A DNA stretch of 64,000 nucleotides from Felis catus. Its lineage: Eukaryota. Positions 28,716 through 41,936 of this stretch are shown one piece after another. The stretch's first letter is position 1, and each line of letters starts with the position of its first letter. The position numbers and the translations under genes were made by a program. Under the pieces are notes generated by a model. It worked only from the letters and a program-made list of their open reading frames with translations. It was not told the origin of the DNA and made no database searches. Where the stretch lies: positions 128,342,001 to 128,406,000 of the forward strand of contig NC_058368.1 in assembly GCF_018350175.1 (NCBI RefSeq), in the 5' to 3' direction.

Positions 28716-31136
28716 TAAGATTATAACATTATACAACCCACAAGTCTCTCAACTGTCCAAACACCATCCCCTGCTGCTATGCCTTTTTGTGCCTCCTATG
28801 GGTGTCGATTTTTCCTCAATATGACAAATTACAGCAAGCTACACAGCTCAGTGGATTTTAGGGTACACATGGAATGGAGTGAAGGATGCTATACCATCTC
28901 ATTCACCCCACTTAAGAGTCAGCCAAATTCTATCTTAATAACAAACTGACATTTTAGAAATGAAAATTTATTATTATATACAGCTATGTTGTTTGGTCAG
29001 ACTGCTGACCCAAATTAAATCATTTTCTAGTGATTAAAGAATAATTCTCATTTCTCCAAAAAATCTTTTTTCTTTTTCTTTTCTTTTTTTTTTTGTTTAA
29101 GAACTTAGATGTTTTTTTTTTCATATATCAATAACTAACAGCTCTCAAGGTCACAACTTTTACATCAAGCTAGCATTATTTCATTCTAGAAGCAAAGGAA
29201 TCAGCCTCAAAAAAGCCCATTAATTAAACTGAAAACTATTTCCACTGAAAATGCTATAGGATTTTTAGGTGCTACACAAAGTATGCTGATTACCTACTTT
29301 ATTACTTACTTATCTAATCTAATAGCATCCTACTGCAGTCCAAGTAAGTCAAAAAGTTTGAAGAATTGAGTCAACCACACCAAGATTCAACCTATATACC
29401 TGCTTTGCACATATCTATATATAACACCTTTTCCCACAGACTCTTAACAAGATTACTATACTAGATGATCTTCATTGATCAAATGATGATCAAATTTATG
29501 ATAATCTATATGTCCTTATATTTCTCCTTTTACTACATAAGGATCTAAAATATATGGTTTTCAATGCAAGGTGTCTCAAACATGTTCACTTGAGAAGGAT
29601 AATAAATCTTGACTATCTGCACACATTAGTCTATTCTTGCTGATACTTAACTGCCAAAATTCTCCAATCTATCCATCCTTCTCCACCCTAAACCCTGTAT
29701 AAGTGATACTTCAGAAGGAGGCTGATTCTGACATCAATTTGGAAATAATCAGCTTTAATTCCTAGCAGAGATCAAAACGAACAATTGTGGTAGAACAGAC
29801 CAGTGATGTCATAAACACAGCTGATTCAAACTGGAATCTGTTCTCCAAAAAAAGTTCCAAGTACTTGTGTTTCCAAACCAGATCATTTTTACTACATAAC
29901 ATTATGAAAATGGAAAATGAAAAGAAAACCTAAGTAATTTTTATTCCAGTCTTTAGAATTCTTATTTTACCAGTGGCACATGGCAGTGAGTGGCTAAAAG
30001 AATCTACTCAATGAGTCCAAATGCATATTAAACAACAGCAAGTATTCATCATTAGGTACGATGTTCAAAAGGACATAAGCACTCGATCCTCTTTGGTTGA
30101 AAACAAAATACCAAGACAGCCCAGTGGTCTCAAACACCTGTAACAAGCCTAATCCTTTCATCTGTTCCCAATACTAATCCTTCTAAAAACAAACTCACTC
30201 TTATGCGCATGATTTATAGTTTTGTACTTTGTTTCTTCTTATCAGAAAACTTAGAGAATATTAAAATTTAAAGTACTGTACTATGAGATCAGGCAAATTA
30301 CTCATACTATGAGTATTTTCTATGGTAGCATCCATACTTTCCAATAAGATGGAAAGCAGAAGAAAGGGCAGGGCGGGGCAGGGCAGGGGGCTAAGCCCCC
30401 CAGTACTCAGGAACAAGAGCATGCAAATTCCTACAAATTTACATAACAGAGTATGATATCTACACAATGATCGGTCATTAAAGCAAACAATAAAAGAATA
30501 TTTATTGAACAATCACAATAGCAACAGGAAAATCTGATATGCAAGAAGAAAGGAACAATACCACAAAGGCCTACAGCAATAACATTGATTTTTTTTTCCT
30601 CTCTACCCTGCTTTTGTGACACTATAAATTCTGGCATACAGATCTATGTGAAGAACAGTAACAAGTTTCAGAGAATGATAAAGTTACTATATTTATTTTT
30701 CATGTTACAAATAACAAATAGCCCTACAGAAACCTGTTCCTTCTATGAAAAGAAATTAGATTTCTAAATGAAAATCTGTCTCCCATACATGACTGTTCAT
30801 AAAGGCACATCCAGAGTAGATCTACTGCAACAGTCAATATCAAACTGACATTCTTCTCTACCAAAGAAGTTGTACTGTTTTGCACAAAAGTGACACATAG
30901 CATATTATTCTTTCTTATCAAGTAAAAACTATTGGTCCTTGATTTCAGCTTCTTAACAGAGCTTAACCATTTTCTTTTCCTCCTTCACAGAGCAGGACTG
31001 TAACCAGGCAAGCACCTCATCCATTTTTATTTTAGAAACGCTATGGAGGTTTGACTAATGGAAATCTCAAGACACTGGAAAATGAAATGATTCCATATCA
31101 ATAATACAGACACATGTTCATTATATTCCAACTTAC

Positions 31137-31277
31137 CTAATACACTGACAAAGGCATCAAAAAGATGAAATGTAAGTAGAGGCTCTTTCAAGTGACCATA
31201 GTAATCTGCTATAGTTTTAAAGACATCCTTTTCAAATCCTAAATACATAGGCTGCTTCAAATCTGAACAATTAGGCC
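31137..31277 (-). CDS. DEPDC1B: DEPDC1B coding exon 7 (141 nt), RhoGAP-like domain
   Basis: (W)[46 protein letters not shown](G); polypyrimidine tract plus cAG acceptor, donor GTAAGT; phase 1 to 1. Confidence 0.96.
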
Positions 31278-34200
31278 CTGTTAAAAAAAGAGAAAGAGAG
31301 AAAGAAGAAACATTACTGGGATGATCACTTATGAGGATTAGTCTCTGTGCATATGTATGGTGTGAATAGATATTCAAGATCACAAAAGTTTTCATGGGGA
31401 AAATTGATGTTATTTAAAAGGACATTATACATTTGCTTACATGAATACTTTATGTCTAAATCGAAATCTATTATAAAACAAGGAGGAAAACCAATGGCTT
31501 ACTTGCATTTCAAGAGAAACCCACTCTTTCTTTTACATCTTCTGAAAGGCATTTTTATTAAATGTAGACAATGATTATTTTGTTTGAAATATTCGATGTT
31601 TTCCTAGGCTTGACACAGTTGACCAAGGTGATAATTATCTCACATATGTAATAGACAAGTTATAAAGCAATTTTCAAAGCTTTTTAGTATTTTGTCATTG
31701 CTATATTATGAAATCCTAGAATCAGAGTTGAGTTAATCGATGTCTGCCTCTAACTAAATTATTTCAGACTAATAAAAACTTACACTCTTTTTCATAAAGA
31801 TATTCTAAAAAGGAGATTTTACACTGGGTCCTGTGATTCATTTTGATTGTAAAACTCTATGTGATCCCCAACCAACCTTTAAAAGATAGTGTATCAGGCA
31901 AAGCATATTCCAAAGTTAGGGTAACAATAAGAAGCCTGGAACAATGTGGTCCCAGCCATATCCCATGCAGACAGCAAGGCAAAGATCCAGTTGTATCTGG
32001 GACCAAAGAGGAACAAGAAGAAATGCCTAGCCCTCTACAGATATAGCAGTAAATGCCCCCAAGAATCCACACACAGACTACAGATTGACATTGCCAAGTG
32101 GAGAGACAAACCAGAGCTGCCCATGCCTTGGGAAAATGGCAAGTAGCCTCATGAGGGAGAGTCTGGCCAGTCTTCTCAATTGCTCTGACAGCGTGGAAGG
32201 GAGAAGCAGTGCAAGTGCAATGCCGGTTCTGGGCCAGCAGAATACAAGACTAAACAACTAGATCCAAACAGAGCTCTACCCTCAGAGGAAAGTGAAAGAT
32301 AAAGCCAGTAAAAACTAAAAGAAAGCCTTCCTCCAGCACCACTGTAACTAAAGAGAAAGGATCAAACTAAAAAGAACAGATAAACATTCTGGGCCTTCAC
32401 ATCCCAAGGCCAATGGGACAAAGTGAAAATGGCTTTTTCTTGGTCTCCTTAAAAACCCTCTCACCTTTTAATATTCTGTATACACTTGTCATAAAATAAC
32501 TTAATTTGATTGACTAAAATAATGAAAATTATGAGAGACTCTTGTGTGGTACCATGTTAACCTAGCAGCCAACATAACCATCATTCTTGCCTGCTTCCTC
32601 CTTTGAAATACTCCAAGCTTCATCGATTGAAACAATTAGTTTAATGTCTCAGTAATCCATAATGCCGTGAATTACTTCCTCCCAAGATAAGTATGCGGTT
32701 GATTGTAAGCAGCTGTATCCCTGAACAAACATTTCATCATTCTTGCTAAAAATATGCAAAAACAAAACAAAAACAGTTTCCATACAAATGCAAATGCATA
32801 GTAGGCCCCATGAGAGGAGGCCATATTTCTAAGATCTGTTTCTTAATCATCTTGAAATTCAGAATAGCTTTTATAAATGTTATTCCTGACAGATCTTGGA
32901 AAAGAGTTGTCTGTATCTGTTTTTGTTTTTGTTTTTTGTTTTTTGTTTTTTTTATTGAATGCAATGTACATGCACAAAGAAGACACAGTTAACCTGGTTT
33001 TATACTTAGTATCAGTTCATCATCCTGTGGCCAACCATGAGGCTGGACAAGGAAAGTATGCAGGCCTATGTGCACATGGTCTACCAATGGGCCTGAGAGA
33101 AAGAGGTAGGCAGGAAATTTACAGAAAAGGAGGCAAGAAGCCTTCAAAATATCACATAAACCAGCCAGCCTATCCTTTTTGTTCCCTATTACATGACTGT
33201 AATGGGAATCTAGACTCAATAAAGATAAGAAGGATAAGTAACAGGTCATCACTTGATAGACTCAAAGTAAACTCAAGGGGCCAAGGAGCATTTGGAAAAT
33301 TTAATAATGTCACAAAACTATTCAAAAGGATATTCTTGCCTTTTGGTCACTTTGTCTTTGAAACATAAATAAGCATTTTTATGGATATGCCAACTATCTG
33401 TAAAACACTGCACTTGATACATGTGAGACATGTCCCTGTTCTCAAGAATTTCCACCTAATAATATAACACCACCACACACATGGAGAACATTATTAAGTT
33501 GCTCTTTACATCTTTCCTCTCCATTAATAAGTAATTCCAATTATTATAATATTCCTGCAGAAGTTTTTGTGGCTTTATGTATACATCTTACTTGCAGGAA
33601 AAGTTACACTCTTCACAATGTTTTGATCACTGATAAATCTGTATCATAATCCCACCTTAATATACATTATACAACATATTATAGCCTAGATTTGTCACAC
33701 TGGCTTCTTCTATTCTTTCCCAGTTCATCAATTACCAAATGCTTGGTTTGCCAGGAATTTAGAAATGGGTAATTTAACTTTGCATTTAGACCTTCTATCT
33801 CGTCATTGCCAACACTGTCCAAAGATATAATTTAAATTTAATTTACCTCAAATGGTTGAGTGGGAATAATAAAAAGCACTCTCCCAAGCTAAAACCACTC
33901 TATGTCTCAGACGTCCCAAAATATTAACCAAAACCAATGAAAATTTAATAGTTAAACACAGAGAACCTTGGGCTTCATACAAGCTAATAATTGGTATTCA
34001 TATTCAGAATGATAGTATATAATCATTGTCCACATATTATCACTGGAATTACCTACAGTAAACTGCCTGGTTATCTTAATTTCATTCTATAATCAAACAA
34101 AACTAACATCAATTAAATAAATCATTCAGAGTCTACTAACTCAAAATTTTATTATACCTGTCTCTGTACATGCTAATTCTACCCAAAAGGTACCTCTCTC

Positions 34201-35077
34201 AGGCCATCTGTGAGGCTTAAAGGCCTCATAGACCAAATGTCACCACTATTAGCAAAAGAACTAGAATTCTTCTCATTAAAATCACTTGTTTGGGTTAAGC
34301 CATTAACTATTAGAATCCCTTCTTTGGGTTAACCCTTCTAAAAAATCCCCAGAAAAAAATGGCAATGTTAGTGGGATACTATAATACATTTTTCACAGTG
34401 CCTACAGCATCCGATGACGTGGATATTACATGCCTGTGAAATGGACTGTGGGTGCCTATGAAAATCCTCAGAAGGACCATTGTGATCCAAGCCCCTTCGT
34501 TTTACATCCAATTACTGAAACATCCCTTCTTGTTTCTCTGCACGCCAAGTTCTTCTCCTTCCAAACCAGCCTGCTTATCAGTCAGACTAGTCTAAAATAT
34601 TTCTTTCCCACTTCAACTGGTGCCCTATAAAAAGCCAATAGTAGATAGGAGCTGCTGAGCAAATGGAGATGTAAATATAGGGCATATTTAGGGATATATG
34701 TTGTAGGAATAAAATACATGCTTTAGAAATAAAAATGTGCAAACAGTCAACAGGCAGCTATCTGTACAATATTATATTCAATACTACTAATTTTTCTTTA
34801 CTGTGATGAAGCAGTCAGAAGTAGTAGTATGGGCAAATCTGTAGTGTGATTATATGCACTAGAAAAAAGAAGCACAAAATACCTTTAAAAATGTTCTATA
34901 ATTCAGCCCCTTCACCGAGTCACAAATTCATCACTAAAAGCACACAAGTCCCAAAATAATTAACTGCCAGTCTCACAGGTGTCAAATCAATGTTCAGGCC
35001 ATTAAGCAAAAATATTTTCTAATTCAGGGCACTAATTTCTGTTAATCTCATAAAACTGGAGGATAATTAGTACTTAC

Positions 35078-35125
35078 AATTTGCCAAACACTTCATAGCT
35101 GACAGTACCCAATGAGGAAGTTCTT
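35078..35125 (-). CDS. DEPDC1B: DEPDC1B coding exon 6 (48 nt)
   Basis: (K)ELPHWVLSAMKCLAN(W); acceptor tgcAG, donor GTAAGT; phase 1 to 1. Confidence 0.95.
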
Positions 35126-37059
35126 CTGCAGAGAAATGAAAATAAAAAGAAGGTATTTTACTCAACTGCATATAACTCAAAGAATTATATACATACATAG
35201 TATCATAAGAATATATAACTTGCCCAAATAATATGAAACCTATCTGCCAATCACAAACCACAAATCACCTATTAATATAGCCGAATGTTTTAAAGACATG
35301 GAAATTTTTCTTTTGCAGCAGTGTTCCAATATGCTTTTATAAATCATGCCTACAAATTTCTCTAAGGATAAGATGCACCTTTTGAAGCTTTGGTGAAAAG
35401 TATACATCTGACAGTTTATTCCAAAGAAGCAAACTAACAGATCAGTTATCCTAGGAATTAAAGAAGGAAAAGAAAAAACAGAAAAAGCAAAAATATTAGT
35501 TATCAATTGTATTTGTGAATTCAGTTCAGCAAACAGCTTAAAAAAAAAAAAAAGGTGAATTCTGTATGTCCAATGTCCAATATAAGCATCATTTTACACA
35601 TTTCAATTTTCAAAATGTTTCAGGGCAAGAAAGTGCTACTGACATACTAATATAGGCTACCTCTTTTAGGACAGTCTTAAAATAATAATTGTTAACACGG
35701 CTACAAAAAGTCCCAGCTGAGCCTTTTTTCTGGAGTCTCTCCCCTCCTTTGATGAGATGGACCTCTGATGAGATGGACCATCACTCATGCTTCCCCTTCT
35801 CCACTTTCTAAAAACTGCAAAGATACTGGCTGAACTGTGTTAGATCTAATGAACCTGAGGCTCTTCTTTCTGAAGAACTTGATAAGACAAAAGATGACTG
35901 GTCATCTAACTGGTAGGTAAAAGTATTCATGTTTGCTGCACTCAAAGAATGTGGAAGGATTTTAGGTATATTTCAAAGGCAATACCTCCATCATTCTATG
36001 TAAGTTAATTTTATATGTTGATATTAACCTGACAACTCACAAGGTCACAAATTCGTTTGTTTCCTTAATGTCCTTCATTCCCAATACAGGGACTATATGA
36101 AAGAAGTGTTTCAAGTTTCAATGACACATTCTGTTCCTGTCAGGAAACATGGCCCAGAAAAACCTCTTCCCCTCTCACAGCTGCTGAGGCTCCTTCTGGT
36201 AGAGTTCCATCTTGTTGCCCAGGAGACTCCAGCTCTAAATTTAATAATAATTTATAAAAACCCAAAAGTACTATAGCATCTTCCCACATCCAAAGGTCAT
36301 TCTAGTTCCAGCTATTTCCAGGACCAAGGGTTGGAAGTAAAGGAAGAACTATTCAAAAAACCCATCTAATTCTGGTCCATCCCTGATCCAAGCGAAGTAA
36401 GCTTTAAAATCAGTAAATCAGTTCGGAGATTCTGGCCCACCATGGGTACCATGACCTTATTTTTCCAAAAAAAAAAGAGGATAGGCAGCTGCCTAATGTC
36501 TTTTTTTCCTGATTTGTAAACTGGCTTGGAATAAAAGGTATAAAAAAAATTGAAGCACCTTCAGCATTTACAGAACTACCCTTATTAATTAAAAAAAAAC
36601 AACAAAAAAAAAACAAAAAAAAAACCGACATAAACCAAGACTATTCTGGAAAATCTACCACAGAGACTCCATAATGAAAAGGTCGGGGAGAACCTAAAAT
36701 CAGTCAAACTCACCTGAAACCTAAAATTAATCTCCAAGACCCAGTTCTAACTGACTTAAGCACTCAGGTCTTAAACTTACCTACTTTTCAGGGATTTTCT
36801 GTGAATAATATAGAACCACTTAATGCCCAGTGTGACTAACATTGAACTAGCCTCTGGATGGACTGTGCTGAGGCTTTGACTTTCCATGACATCTCCTTTA
36901 TGCACACAATCATTTAAAAGGCATGAAAGTGAGAGAAGGCTATACATACTGAGGAGGTACCTTCATTGAGGGTTTGAGGAATGGTCAAAAAGAAGCTGAG
37001 GGAGCTGTGCAGCCAGCATAGTGGATCAAATGGGACCACAGTGGTTTTTATGCACTTAC

Positions 37060-37190
37060 TTGACTTGTCATCAAGGATGACAACTCCCTGCTTGCTCACA
37101 CTATATACATTATGGATGATGAACTTGGAGTTGACCAGTTTAATATCTAAGACTTCTTCCAAAGAATCCAGGCCAAGGACTTTCTGTAAA
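37060..37190 (-). CDS. DEPDC1B: DEPDC1B coding exon 5 (131 nt)
   Basis: (Y)[43 protein letters not shown](K); acceptor tttcAG, donor GTAAGT; phase 2 to 1. Confidence 0.96.
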
Positions 37191-37827
37191 CTGAAAAGAT
37201 ATATGATAATTAATTACTTTAAAAAATCATTATTACCCAAAAACCCGGCATGTAAAAGATCAATCTTCAAAATGTGCTGCTTTTAGGCATTTTATACAAT
37301 CTTTGGCAAAAAGGCTAGAAACTAAATACGACAAAACAAATTTAAAAGATCCTTGGGTCATTAACATGTTGCTTCACTAATTTAATATAACACCTTCAAT
37401 GCCAGGAAAAAGATTTCATAAGATACAATAAAAACAGAAAATAGCTTATCCAATGATGAGAAACTGCTATTAGTACACGTTTGTGAGGGAAAGAAAATGC
37501 TTTGTAACATTATTTACCTTAATTACCTACAGTACAGCAAGTATCTAGGAGATGAAATTTACCACGGTGTTTCATTAAACATAAAACTTCAGTGTTACTA
37601 GAAAGTTGAAGAACTTTTAAACTTCTATTCTTAACTGTCCTATAAATGACAAGAGAAAATTCCCAGAATTCAGTTAAATTATGTTTGCTAAGCAGCATAG
37701 CTGCAAATGCAAAGTTAAGCTTTTAATACATAATTTCAGAAAATTAAATATGCAGAGAGTAGTAGAGAAGCAAACCACAAAAAAAAAAAAAACACTGAAA
37801 GTTCTCATTAATATCAAATGCACATAC

Positions 37828-37955
37828 TATGATAATGTCATAGACTTCCATATCTCTTCTACATTGGCCTCCGTCAGCTGTCTGCGGTAGACAAGACGGC
37901 AGGCCGGCACCTCTCCAATAGCAATACTGTGACGCTTGAACCACATCTCAGAGTT
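37828..37955 (-). CDS. DEPDC1B: DEPDC1B coding exon 4 (128 nt)
   Basis: [42 protein letters not shown](Y); acceptor attAG, donor GTATGT; phase 0 to 2 joins exons 3 and 5 in frame. Confidence 0.95.
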
Positions 37956-38915
37956 CTAATTGGGGGAGAGTAAAAAGAAAAAGAGAATAAATATTTCAAC
38001 AGGCAGTAGTATGAGAAATTTCTTTGACTTGGTTATTTGTAATTTGATTTAAAATAATAACTAGAAACATAAACTAACTTTCTTTGTACTGACTGCAGAG
38101 AAGTATAACTGTTAAAGATCAGGTTATATCATAAATGAGTATTTGTAAATTGCAAAAGAACTATAGCAATAAACATGACATTGACTAGCTATTTTTTTCC
38201 TGTGGGAATTTCAATTAATCAACGAGGTAGCCATGAAATATTATTGTATTAATTCAAAATTAAGTCAAAGAATACCTATCCAAAAAAAAAAAAAAAGAAT
38301 ACCTATCCATATTCACACGCTGCCCAAATTGAGTGATTGTGTAAAACAAAATTAAAGTCTATTACTTTCAAGAACTCTCTATTTTTTATAAGCAAAAATC
38401 AAATAAGTACAATTTGAAGAGCAGCCCCCAGATCTTAGGCAACTGCAGAAGGCAGAAAAAACAAGAGCTCCCCGGAAAACTGAGCCAGTAGGAAGAAAAA
38501 CTAAAATTCAGAGAGGTTAAATAATTTGCTCAAAGCCATACAGCTTTACCAGTTCAACATTCTTAGCATCTCCTTTCTCACATAGTCTACTAAACGTTTA
38601 ATTCTTAAAACTTCCTTTTTATAATCACAAAGAGAAACATTGAGGTTTTACAGACAAAACATGTAAGAAATCACTTATAAAGATTTTCTGTAATAGTTTT
38701 TTACGAAAGTATCATTACAGAAAAATCTTATAAATTTGGATGAAAGGAGCCAGAAAGTTGTTTTATGATTTTGTTTTTAGAGAATTACTGAATTACAAAA
38801 GAAAGTCGAAGACCATGTGGATTTGTGAATTTTTTTTAAGTATCTAAATTAAATTAGGTGTTCATTTTTGAAGGCAGGCATGTAAATTGTTGCATTTGCC
38901 TAGAAAATCTACTTC

Positions 38916-39082
38916 GAACTGAGAACAAACTGAGGGTTGATGGGGGGTGGGAGGGAGGGAAGGGTGGTTGAGGCATACTGAGGAGGGCATCTGTTGGGAT
39001 GAGCACTGGGTGTTGTATGGAAACCAATTTGACAATAAATTTCATATTTAAAAAAATTGCCACTAGGCAACACACACACAAA
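38916..39082 (+). mobile_element. 5'-truncated L1 (3'UTR only) with extra sequence after the first A-run
   Basis: Close match to 55058-55190 of the young L1; TSD aaaatctacttc at 38904-38915 and 39083-39094. Confidence 0.9.
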
Positions 39083-39106
39083 AAAATCTACTTCCAAAAG
39101 TTACCT

Positions 39107-39328
39107 TTTATAAAAAAATTTTTTCTTACATTTATTCATTTTTGAGAGACAGAGAGAGAGCACAAGTGAGGGAGGGTCAGAGAGAGAGGGAGACACAGAT
39201 TCTGAAGCAGGCTCCAGGCTCTGAGCTGTCAGCACACAGCCCGATGCAGGGCTCAAACTCACAAACCGCGAGATCATGACCTGAGCCAAAGTCAGACGCT
39301 TAACTGACCCGAGCCACCCAGGCGCCTC
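39107..39328 (-). mobile_element. Can-SINE
   Basis: Reverse-complement SINE ending gagccacccaggcgcc. Confidence 0.9.
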
Positions 39329-39530
39329 CAAAAGGTTATCTTAAAGAAATACCATGGACATACTCAACTAATTATCTGTAAAGACATTGCTCATTACATT
39401 GTTTACCAGAAAACTAGAAACATGGTATGTACTAACAGTAAGGGACTAGATACATAAACTATAGTGCTTTTATATTAGACAAGATACACATACTAAATAT
39501 GATGTCAAATGTTTAATAACATGAAAAAAG

Positions 39531-39736
39531 AGAGTGACTGGGTAACTCAGTTGGTTAAACATCCGACTCATAATTTTGGCTCAGGTCATGATCTCATGAT
39601 TCATGAGTCCAAGCCCCTCATCGGGCTCTGTTCTGACAGTATAAAATCTGCATGGGATTCTCTCTCTTCTCTTCTCTTTCTCTCTTTCTCTCTCTCTGTC
39701 TGTCTCTCTCTGTCTCTCTGTCTCTCTGTCTCTCTC

Positions 39737-39768
<32 letters not shown>

Positions 39769-39833
39769 CTCTCTCTGTCCCTTCCCTGCTTGTACACTTG
39801 TTCTCTCTCTCTCTCAAAATAAATAAACTTAAA
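39531..39833 (+). mobile_element. Can-SINE with expanded (CT)n/(CTGT)n tract
   Basis: Decayed head, ~120-nt CT-rich tract, tail. Confidence 0.85.
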
Positions 39834-39847
39834 AATAATAACATGAT

Positions 39848-40068
39848 GGGGCGTCTGGGTGGCTCAGTCAGGTGAGTGTCCAACTTCAACTCAGCTCATG
39901 ATCTCGTGGTTTGTGAGTTCGAGCCCCGCGTCGGGCTCTGTGCTGACAGCTCGGAGCCTGGAGGCTGCTTTGGATTCTGTGTCTCCCTCTCTCACTGACC
40001 CTCTCCCGTTCATGCTCTGTCTCTCTCTGTCTCAAAAATAAACATTAAAAAAAAAAAATTTTTTTTTT
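39848..40068 (+). mobile_element. Can-SINE
   Basis: ggggcgtctgggtggctcag head; TSD aataataacatga. Confidence 0.9.
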
Positions 40069-40274
40069 AATAATAACATGAAAAAAGAAGCAAAACATTG
40101 TTGTAAGTGAAGAACACAGGCCACAAAAAACTCAACATGATCTCCTTTTGGAGGTAAAAATGTGCACAGAAAAAAGGATACAGAAGAAAAATGTTAATAT
40201 TAATTCTCTCTGGATGATATCATGGGTGATTTTTTTTTTCATCTCTGCCTGAAAACAATTCTATTGAATAAGTG

Positions 40275-40548
40275 AATTACAGCAATAGCAGTTAAGTTAC
40301 TGACTACCTGTGGGCCAGACACCATTCTAAGCACTTTATAAATATGAACTCACCTGATTCTCACAACAAGCCTACCTCAGAGGGTACTATTATCAACTCA
40401 GTTTCACCAATAAGAAAACTGAGACACAAACACAATGACTAAAACAGAGAAACAAGTCCAAATAAATAGTAAATGGAGGAGCCAAGATCCAAACCCAGTC
40501 GACTCGCTCCAGAGTGCACAATCTTACTTTCCATACTATTCTGCCCCT
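40275..40548 (-). mobile_element. MIR SINE
   Basis: ccagacaccattctaagcacttt...aagaaaactgagacaca...actccagagtgcaca. Confidence 0.6.
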
Positions 40549-41721
40549 CAGCAAACACAACAGTTTCATTTTATTATTTTATTTTTTAACTGTGTAAGTG
40601 GCTAGGCAAGAGAAAAGACAGGATAAAACAAAAAAAAACACCGAGCAAAGAGGAAGCAAAGATAGAAACAGGGAAAGTAAAATAGAAATAAATGATGAGT
40701 TGAAGTTCTTTTTAAGAAAGATGACATTTCTTTATTGACTAATAAACTCATCATTCTAAAACCTACACCAAGGCCCAAGCGGGGACACAGATCCTGCTCT
40801 GCCATTCTTCCTGTGAACCATGCTCAAGAGGTAGCAGCCTAAGCTTTGCTGGAATTACAATGAGCAGGGAGCTCAAACCTCTACCATTTGAACTAAGGGG
40901 GATGTATAAGAAAGAGAAGGCGAAACAAAAGCATCAAAACAAATACAGGTACAGATGACCTGGGAAAGGATAAGCTTTGGGCTAAAATGGTTGATGAATC
41001 TAGAACATTGGTCTACCACTTCAGGGCTCCTGAAAAATTAGAAAATGACAAGAAAAGACAGAAGTCATTGTCACTAGGGCATTAAAGTATGCTAATGAGC
41101 ATTTGGTCTTCTGCAGGTGATACCAGGAATATTCCAACTTCATAGAACCAAGTGGAATAGAAAAGGAAAGTAGTTATTATCGATGACATAAATACATATT
41201 AATTTACGGGATTTTATCTCCTTTGTATAAACAGCACTGAAGACCTTATAATGAAAAAAATGTCTGTTGAATAGCCACTCTGCCAATGGGGTCATATCAG
41301 ATGTTTAAATGCAAATGTTAAAAGAAAAAAATGTACCTGATCTCATGGAACTTATATTCTAATTTTCTCTGGGACAGAAACTATCAACTAGACCTCAATT
41401 AAGTACTCCTTATTAGGAATTAATTAAAAGTCCTCAAATACCCTAAGTCATTTGACTCTGTTTTCTAATTATCTATTTTGGTACTGTATGCTTCACTAGA
41501 CTATGAGCCTTTTTAGAGTAAAAACTGTATCACATATTACTGTGTCTGTGGAGCCTAGCACAATTCATGGCACACAGTAGACGCTGATTCAATATTATCT
41601 TTGTTGAATAAGTAAATTAATGACTTCCAAATATGATCTTGCCTTTAAGTTCCAGGATCATTATCTTCATCTGCCTATAAGACGCTTCCATTTAAGATAA
41701 GCCAGGTTTATCACCAATCAT

Positions 41722-41936
41722 TTTTTTTTTCAACGTTTATTTATTTTTTGGGGGACAGAGAGAGACAGAGCATGAAAGGGGGAGGGGCAGAGAGAGAGGG
41801 AGACACAGAATCGGAAACAGGCTCCAGGCTCTGAGCCATCAGCCCAGAGCCTGACGTGGTGCTCAAACTCACAGACCGCGAGATCGTGACCTGGCTGAAG
41901 TCGGACGCTTAACCAACTGCGCCACCCAGGCGCCCC
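41722..41936 (-). mobile_element. Young SINEC_Fc-type Can-SINE
   Basis: TSD tatcaccaatcat at 41709-41721 and 41937-41949. Confidence 0.93.

Noticed and set aside
32877..33368. 163-aa plus-strand ORF
   Set aside because: Runs through a (GTTTTT)n tract, has no recognisable domain or splice support, and is antisense intronic.
35750..35779. TGATGA-containing direct repeat (tgatgagatggacc x2) as a C/D snoRNA or array
   Set aside because: A simple 16-bp tandem duplication with no convincing box pairing or stem. Similar small duplications at ~6569-6610, ~13011-13050, ~48297-48335 and ~63409-63450 look like ordinary slippage.
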